The notes under the pieces were generated by a model. It worked only from the letters and a program-made list of their open reading frames with translations. It made no database searches and had not been told where the DNA came from. A DNA stretch of 64,000 bases from Rhodoferax sp. (GTDB lineage Bacteria > Pseudomonadota > Gammaproteobacteria > Burkholderiales > Burkholderiaceae_C), in assembly GCF_028715765.1 (NCBI RefSeq), contig NZ_JAQURE010000006.1, forward strand, positions 10,764-74,763. The letters run 5' to 3'. Position numbers and translations under genes: made by a program. Numbering within the stretch: position 1 is the first letter of the stretch; each line of letters starts with the position of its first letter. Positions 58,766 through 64,000 of the stretch are shown piece by piece.

Positions 58766-61357
58766 TCAAGCCAGTGCGTCAAGCAGCTCGGTCTCGATCT
58801 CGATTTGGTCTCGGTTGTGCTGCAGCGCCGCGCCCTGGATCAAAAACGTGTCTTCCACGCGCTCGCCCAGGGTGTTGATTTTGGCAAGGTTCAGGTCGAT
58901 TTTGTGCTTGGCCAGCACCCGTGCCACGCTGTAGAGCAAGCCCACGCGGTCACTGGCAGAGATGTTGAGCAGCCAGCGCTGGGCTTTTTCATCGGGCTTG
59001 AGGCTGACCCGGGGCGTGATTGGAAAGCTTTTCACCCGGCGCGACACCCGGCCGCGGCTGGGCGGGGGCAGGGGTTCCACTTGGGCGATGACACGGGTCA
59101 GCTCAGACTCAATCATGTTGATGAGTTCACGGTAGTGCTCGGTCAGGTTGGTTGAAATCACCTGAAAGGTGTCGAGCGCATAGCCGTTTTGGGTGGTGTG
59201 GATGCGGGCGTCCTGAATGCTGAAGCCACTTTGGTCAAAGTAGCCACAAATACGGGCAAACAGGTCTTCTTGGTCATGGGCGTACACCATCACCTGCAAC
59301 CCTTCGCCCACAGGCGAGGGGCGCGCATACACCATGGGGTCTTTGCTGGTCAGATGGCGTGACAGTTTGCGCGTGTGCCAAGCAATTTCTACCGCATCGT
59401 GGCGCATGAAATAGCCCACATCCAGCGTGGCCCAGAGTGCTTTGTGTGACTCAAAAGGTTGGGCATACAGCGCCAGTTCAATCAGCGCGTCGCGTTGGCG
59501 TTCTTGCACGGCGGTGTGCACATCGGGGGCATGGCCCCCCAGTGCGCGCGAGGTTGAGCGGTACAAGTCTTCCAGCAGCTTGCCTTTCCAGGCGTTCCAC
59601 ACTTTGGGGCTGGTGCCGCGCACATCAGCCACGGTAAACAGGTACAGCGCGGTCAAATAGCGCTCGCTGCCCACTTGCTTGGCAAAGGCAGTGATGACAT
59701 CGGGGTCGCTGAGGTCAGACTTTTGCGCGATGCGGCTCATGGTCAGGTGCTCGCGCACCACAAAGGCAATCAGCTTGGCATCTTCAGCGGCGATGCCGTG
59801 CTGTTTGCAAAAACGCAGCACCTCTTGCGCGCCCAGCACAGAATGGTCGCCACCGCGGCCTTTGGCAATGTCATGAAATAGTGCCGCAATGTAGAGCTGC
59901 CAGGGTTTGTCCCAGCCACCGGCCAGCTGCGAGCAAAACGGGTATTCATGCGCATGCTCGGCAATGAAAAACCGCCGCATGTTGCGCAGCACCATCAAGA
60001 TGTGCTGGTCAACCGTGTACACATGAAACAGGTCGTGCTGCATTTGCCCGACGATTTTGCGAAAAATCCACAGGTAACGCCCCAGCACCGAGGTCTGGTT
60101 CATCAGCCGCATGGCATGCGTCAAGCCGCTGGGCTGCTGCAAAATTTGCAAAAACGTGTGGCGGTTGACGGGGTCACGGCGAAACTTGCCGTCCATCAAG
60201 TGGCGGGCGTTGTACAGCGCACGCAGCGTGCGCGCTGACAGGCCTTTGAGCCCCACATGGCTTTGAAACACCAAAAAGGTTTCCAAAATAGCGTGCGGGT
60301 CACGTTGGTACAGGTCGTCACTGGCCACCTCGACCATGCCGGCTTTGTACAAAAATTTGTCACTCAACGGGTAGGGCGAGTGGTCAGAGGGGTTGAGCCG
60401 CTCTTCAATGTTGAGCAGCAAAATTTGGTTGAGTTGGGTCACCGCTTTGGCGGCCCAGTAGTAGTGGCGCATCAGCGCCTCGCTGGGGCGCACAAACGCC
60501 CGGGGGTCGACGTTGGCATCAGGGGGCACGTAGCCAAACGATTTGGCTACCGCAGCTTGCAAGTCAAACACCAGCCGGTCTTCACGCCGGCCGCTGATCT
60601 GGTGCAGGCGGGCGCGGATCAGGTGCAGCATGGCCTCGTTGCGCTTGATTTGCTTGACTTCAAACGCAGTGGCCAGGCCATTTTTGGCCAGATCAGACCA
60701 GTTGTGGCCAAAGCCTGCCGCTTTGGCCACCCACAAGATCACTTGCAGGTCGCGCAGGCCGCCGGGGGACTCTTTGCAATTGGGCTCCAGTGCGTAAAGT
60801 GTGTCTTCATGCTTGGAATGGCGCTGCTGCATCTCCAGCGTTTTGGCGGTAAAAAAAGCGTGCGGGTCAAGGGCTTTGAAAAAGTCTTTTTGAAAGCGGC
60901 GAAACAAGGCCTGGCTGCCGGTGATCAGGCGCGCTTCAAGCAACGAGGTCTGCACCGTGACATCTTTGGCAGCTTCATCCAGACAGTCGCTGACGGTGCG
61001 CACACTGGAGCCAATTTCAAGCCCCGCGTCCCAACAACTGCCTATGAAGCCTTCAATTTGGGTTTTGAGCGCCGCATTTTCTTCAGGGCACTGGTGCTCT
61101 GGCAGCAGCAGCAACACGTCGACATCCGAGTGCGGAAACAACTCGCGTCGGCCAAAACCGCCCACTGCAGCAAGCACAAATTCAGAAGTAAACCCGGCGC
61201 GCTGCCACAAAGTTTTGAGTAACCCGTCGGCCAAACTGGCCAGTTGGGTGAGGGTGCGGTGCACACCGCGGGTGGATGCGCCGGTGCCCGCCAGAGCGGC
61301 CAGCAGGGCGGCTTTGTCAGCGCGGTATTGGGTGCGCAAGGTGCTGAGTTCAGTCAT
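58766..61357 (-). CDS. glnD: Bifunctional [protein-PII] uridylyltransferase/uridylyl-removing enzyme
   Basis: Has an NTase domain (GGFGRRELFPHSDVDVLLL), an HD domain (LFHDIAKG) and two C-terminal ACT domains. The start at MTELSTL was placed by ORF-track arithmetic (61381 minus 24). My manual base count near 61355-61381 differed by 1 nt, so I trusted the track. Confidence 0.93.
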   Translation of the reverse strand: MTELSTLRTQYRADKAALLAALAGTGASTRGVHRTLTQLASLADGLLKTLWQRAGFTSEFVLAAVGGFGRRELFPHSDVDVLLLLPEHQCPEENAALKTQIEGFIGSCWDAGLEIGSSVRTVSDCLDEAAKDVTVQTSLLEARLITGSQALFRRFQKDFFKALDPHAFFTAKTLEMQQRHSKHEDTLYALEPNCKESPGGLRDLQVILWVAKAAGFGHNWSDLAKNGLATAFEVKQIKRNEAMLHLIRARLHQISGRREDRLVFDLQAAVAKSFGYVPPDANVDPRAFVRPSEALMRHYYWAAKAVTQLNQILLLNIEERLNPSDHSPYPLSDKFLYKAGMVEVASDDLYQRDPHAILETFLVFQSHVGLKGLSARTLRALYNARHLMDGKFRRDPVNRHTFLQILQQPSGLTHAMRLMNQTSVLGRYLWIFRKIVGQMQHDLFHVYTVDQHILMVLRNMRRFFIAEHAHEYPFCSQLAGGWDKPWQLYIAALFHDIAKGRGGDHSVLGAQEVLRFCKQHGIAAEDAKLIAFVVREHLTMSRIAQKSDLSDPDVITAFAKQVGSERYLTALYLFTVADVRGTSPKVWNAWKGKLLEDLYRSTSRALGGHAPDVHTAVQERQRDALIELALYAQPFESHKALWATLDVGYFMRHDAVEIAWHTRKLSRHLTSKDPMVYARPSPVGEGLQVMVYAHDQEDLFARICGYFDQSGFSIQDARIHTTQNGYALDTFQVISTNLTEHYRELINMIESELTRVIAQVEPLPPPSRGRVSRRVKSFPITPRVSLKPDEKAQRWLLNISASDRVGLLYSVARVLAKHKIDLNLAKINTLGERVEDTFLIQGAALQHNRDQIEIETELLDALA

Positions 61358-61401
61358 GACAAAACCTGCTGGGTTGAGCACCGAAGAGGGTGCAAGAAGA
61401 T

Positions 61402-62211
61402 TTAAGCCGAAGGCGTCACAAACGCTGGAATGGCGGGGCTGTGGTCAGAGAGCGTCAGCACTTCATAGCCATTGGGCGTGACCAGCACGGTGTGCTCCCA
61501 CTGGGCTGAGAGCGAATGGTCTTTGGTGACGATGGTCCAGCCGTCGCCCAGCTCTTTGATGTCTTTGCGACCAATGTTGAGCATGGGCTCAATGGTGATG
61601 GTCATGCCCGCTTCCAGCCGCTCCAGCGTGCCAGGTTTGCCGTAATGCAGCACCTGGGGGTCTTCATGAAATTTTTGCCCAATGCCGTGGCCGCAAAACT
61701 CTCGCACCACGCTCAAGCCTTGGCCTTCGGCAAACACCTGAATGGCATGACCAATGTCGCCCAGGTACGCCCCTGCGCGCACCTTCATGATGCCTTTCCA
61801 CATGGCCTCGTAGGTCAAATGGCACAGGCGTTTGGCCGCCACCGACACCTCGCCCACCTGGTACATGCGGCTTGAGTCACCGTGCCAGCCGTCTTTGATC
61901 ACGGTCACGTCGACGTTGATGATGTCGCCTTTTTTCAGTGGCTTGTCGTTTGGAATGCCGTGACAGACCTGGTGATTGATCGAGGTGCAGATCGACTTGG
62001 GGTAGGGGTCGTGGCCGCCCGGGGCGTAGTTCAGCGGGGCTGAAATGGCGCCCAATACTTTCGTGGTGTGTTCTTCAGCCAGGCGGTCAAGTTCATTGGT
62101 GGTGATGCCGGGTTTGACGAAGGGAGCCAGGTAGTCCAGCAGTTCTGCGGCCAAGCGGCCAGCCACGCGCATGCCGGCAATGCCAGCGGAGTCTTTGATG
62201 GTGATAGTCAT
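61402..62211 (-). CDS. map: Type I methionine aminopeptidase
   Basis: 269 aa with metal ligand blocks (VCHGIP, DIINVDVT, GHGIG, TIEPM, EHTV). Confidence 0.95.
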   Translation of the reverse strand: MTITIKDSAGIAGMRVAGRLAAELLDYLAPFVKPGITTNELDRLAEEHTTKVLGAISAPLNYAPGGHDPYPKSICTSINHQVCHGIPNDKPLKKGDIINVDVTVIKDGWHGDSSRMYQVGEVSVAAKRLCHLTYEAMWKGIMKVRAGAYLGDIGHAIQVFAEGQGLSVVREFCGHGIGQKFHEDPQVLHYGKPGTLERLEAGMTITIEPMLNIGRKDIKELGDGWTIVTKDHSLSAQWEHTVLVTPNGYEVLTLSDHSPAIPAFVTPSA

Positions 62212-62351
62212 GGCGTGGGATTATCCCATTGGGGCAACACCAGCGAGATGGGCAGGGTAAGTGCTGAGAACACCCTCAGCGGCGCGCCCTGTCCGTGATT
62301 TGCCCATGTCCAGGTTGCGGACTGTGGGTTGCATGTGCGGCCACAAGGTTT

Positions 62352-63659
62352 TTATCGCATTTCAAACGCTTCTTGGTGAAAGCGTGGCAACAAGCCCAGC
62401 GCTTTAAGTCCGGCGCGCAGGCTGTTGCCCAAACCAGCAGGGCCACAGTACCAAATTTCGGCATCTGGGGTTACGCCCAGAGCTTGGGCATTCAGGTTGG
62501 CACCTTGTTGGCTGCCGTGAATGTGCAGCTTGACCGCGGGCAGTGTGGCGCACAGCGCTTGCAAGCGTGGCACAAAGGCGTCGGTGGTTTGGTCACGGGT
62601 GCAGTAGTGCAGGTCAGCTACTGGGGCGGTATTGGGCTGGGCTTGAAAGGATTCCAGCCAGGCGATGAAAGGGGTCACGCCAATGCCACCGGCAATCCAG
62701 ATTTGCTGGTTGTTTGGGTCGCAGCGCGACACATCAAAGCGGCCATAGGGGCCTTCAACCCGCACACTTTGTCCCACATGAATGCGTTTGGCCAGCCCAC
62801 GGGTGTAGTCACCCAAAGCTTTGATCTCGAAACTGATGCTTTGGTCACCCCGGTCGGCGCTGGCAATGGTGAAGGGGTGCGCGCCCTCTTTGTCATCCAG
62901 TGTGACAAAAGCAAATTGTCCGGGGCGGTGACCTGTCCAACGGTCATCAAGCTGGCAATGGATGGTGCTGATGTCGGGTGCTGGGTGACCAATGGCGACC
63001 ACGCTGCCTTTTGCCTGCTTGCTTTGGCCAATGCTGTCGCGCAGCGACTGCACCGCGCCATAAATGCCTGCGCCCAGCAGCAGCGCCATCAACACCCCCA
63101 CGGGTTGACGCCAATAGTCGGTGGGCATCAGCATCACGGTGTGAAAAGCCAGCATCAAGTACAGCACGGGCATGCTGCGGTGCAATATGCTCCAAGCTTT
63201 GTAGGGGAATTTCTTCCAGAGCGTGATCAGTAACATGGCCAACACAGCGTAAATGGCCCATTCGCCCAGGTCTTCGCCCAGTTTGCGCATGACTTCCAGC
63301 AAACCGTCAAATCTCTCTTTGGTCGGGCGGCCTTCACGCCCCACCCAGGCTTTGAGCATGTCACTGGACATCTCAACCAGCCAGTGTGTGGCGGCAAATG
63401 CCACTGCCAAGATACCCGCCCACTTGTGCGCGCGGTAAACCCGATCCATACCCCCCAGCGGGCGCTCCAGCCAAGCTGGACGGGTGGCCAAAAACATCAC
63501 CAGTGACATCAGCGCCACTGACAGCAACCCACTGATGTACATCAGCTCTTGGCGCGCTAACCAGACTGGGCTGGTTGGGGCAAGGCTTGGGCTGTGAAAG
63601 AAGTCCCAGCCCCAGGCCAGGGTCACCAAGGAAAGCAGACCAAAGATGAGGGTTGTCAT
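62352..63659 (-). CDS. Ferric-reductase/NOX-like membrane flavocytochrome (FRD transmembrane domain + FAD- and NAD(P)H-binding domains)
   Basis: Start at MTTLIFG (ATG 63659, GGAG 7 nt upstream). It has bis-His haem spacing H-x13-H (HKWAGILAVAFAATH) and H-x12-H (HRSMPVLYLMLAFH). The FAD motif is HPFTIAS and the NAD motif is AGGIGVTPF. Confidence 0.75.
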   Translation of the reverse strand: MTTLIFGLLSLVTLAWGWDFFHSPSLAPTSPVWLARQELMYISGLLSVALMSLVMFLATRPAWLERPLGGMDRVYRAHKWAGILAVAFAATHWLVEMSSDMLKAWVGREGRPTKERFDGLLEVMRKLGEDLGEWAIYAVLAMLLITLWKKFPYKAWSILHRSMPVLYLMLAFHTVMLMPTDYWRQPVGVLMALLLGAGIYGAVQSLRDSIGQSKQAKGSVVAIGHPAPDISTIHCQLDDRWTGHRPGQFAFVTLDDKEGAHPFTIASADRGDQSISFEIKALGDYTRGLAKRIHVGQSVRVEGPYGRFDVSRCDPNNQQIWIAGGIGVTPFIAWLESFQAQPNTAPVADLHYCTRDQTTDAFVPRLQALCATLPAVKLHIHGSQQGANLNAQALGVTPDAEIWYCGPAGLGNSLRAGLKALGLLPRFHQEAFEMR

Positions 63660-63678
63660 GTCAACGCTCCAAAAAAAC

Positions 63679-63816
63679 TTAGGCAATTTGCGCCGTGCAG
63701 GCGCTTGCCAGGGGGCAGGGTGCGTCTTGCATCAAAGTGGGCGAGGTGCTGGCCAGCATGAGCGCGGTCAAAAGGGTGGTCAGGCTGAACAAGTGGGTGA
63801 AGTTGGAACTTTTCAT
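63679..63816 (-). CDS. Possible 45-aa exported Cys-containing peptide (hypothetical, not in ORF track)
   Basis: Hand translation gives MKSSNFTHLFSLTTLLTALMLASTSPTLMQDAPCPLASACTAQIA. The N-terminus is signal-peptide-like and the tail has C-x6-C. No clear Shine-Dalgarno is present, so this is only a candidate. Confidence 0.25.
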   Translation of the reverse strand: MKSSNFTHLFSLTTLLTALMLASTSPTLMQDAPCPLASACTAQIA

Positions 63817-63888
63817 GGCTTGGGGTTCGATGGAGGTTGTTGTGGATAGGGGCTTTAAGGGAATTTGCTGCGCTGGCTGTGTCAGGGG

Positions 63889-64000
63889 TCATTCGTCGTA
63901 GTAGCCCTTTGCGGCGGTGCTGTGGCAGGCGGTGCAATTGCTTTTGCTTTGCACATCTTTGTGCTGCCATTCCCAGTCTGGCACCTTGCGGTGCTTGTCC
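63889..64000 (-). CDS. c-type cytochrome, C-terminal fragment only (the gene continues beyond the window end)
   Basis: The open frame runs to the window edge: ...DKHRKVPDWEWQHKDVQSKSNCTACHSTAAKGYYDE*, with one CxxCH haem-binding motif. Confidence 0.45.
   Translation of the reverse strand, partial: DKHRKVPDWEWQHKDVQSKSNCTACHSTAAKGYYDE

Noticed and set aside
63656-63970. 104-aa minus-strand ORF spanning the cytochrome c 3' end and the spacer before the NOX-like gene.
   Set aside because: It is out of frame with the CxxCH-containing reading frame that is open to the window edge. It is basic and low-complexity, and it overlaps both neighbouring features.

Overview
This 64-kb window looks like core chromosome from a moderately high-GC betaproteobacterium. 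Gene content and synteny resemble Burkholderiales/Comamonadaceae, but that is inference from recollection of protein families, not a search. I support about 60 protein genes and found no rRNA, tRNA, CRISPR array, transposase, integrase or phage genes. Gene order: phaC(partial)-phaA-phaB; then a long minus-strand array of rmlC-rmlA-rmlD-[HEPN]-[MNT]-rmlB, ABC-F ATPase, prmB-dapE-pilU-like-dapD-dapC; then degenerate HD-GYP protein, murI, a 572-aa unknown, class I fumarase, nhaA, yqhA-like, acs, cytochrome c, Trp-rich small protein, ilvD-lgt, crotonase-matB, and FIST/hybrid histidine kinase/REC-HD-GYP. Next comes uspA and an FNR-controlled microaerobic block (ccoI-ccoS, ccoNOQP, ccoG, fixH-like, fnr, hemN), followed by dusA, smc-zipA-ligA, tacA-tacT-def, Fe-ADH, glnD, map, and a NOX/ferric-reductase-like flavocytochrome with a partial c-type cytochrome at the 3' edge. 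Three short genes are absent from the >=60-aa ORF track and were read directly from the sequence: ccoS, ccoQ and a 45-aa Cys-containing peptide. I see no convincing large, wholly novel multi-gene system. The observations most worth follow-up are: (1) a HEPN/MNT toxin-antitoxin pair translationally embedded inside the rml operon; (2) a TacA/TacT module whose toxin gene overlaps a peptide deformylase gene by ATGA; (3) a ~44-bp palindromic REP-like repeat family with five copies, one in frame inside a crotonase gene and one exactly bridging two convergent stop codons; (4) an uncharacterised 572-aa protein between fumA and murI; (5) the NOX-like/small peptide/cytochrome c cluster at the window edge; (6) several strong intergenic hairpins and repeats. 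All family assignments rest on motifs I can read in the translations. No database search, alignment or folding computation was run.
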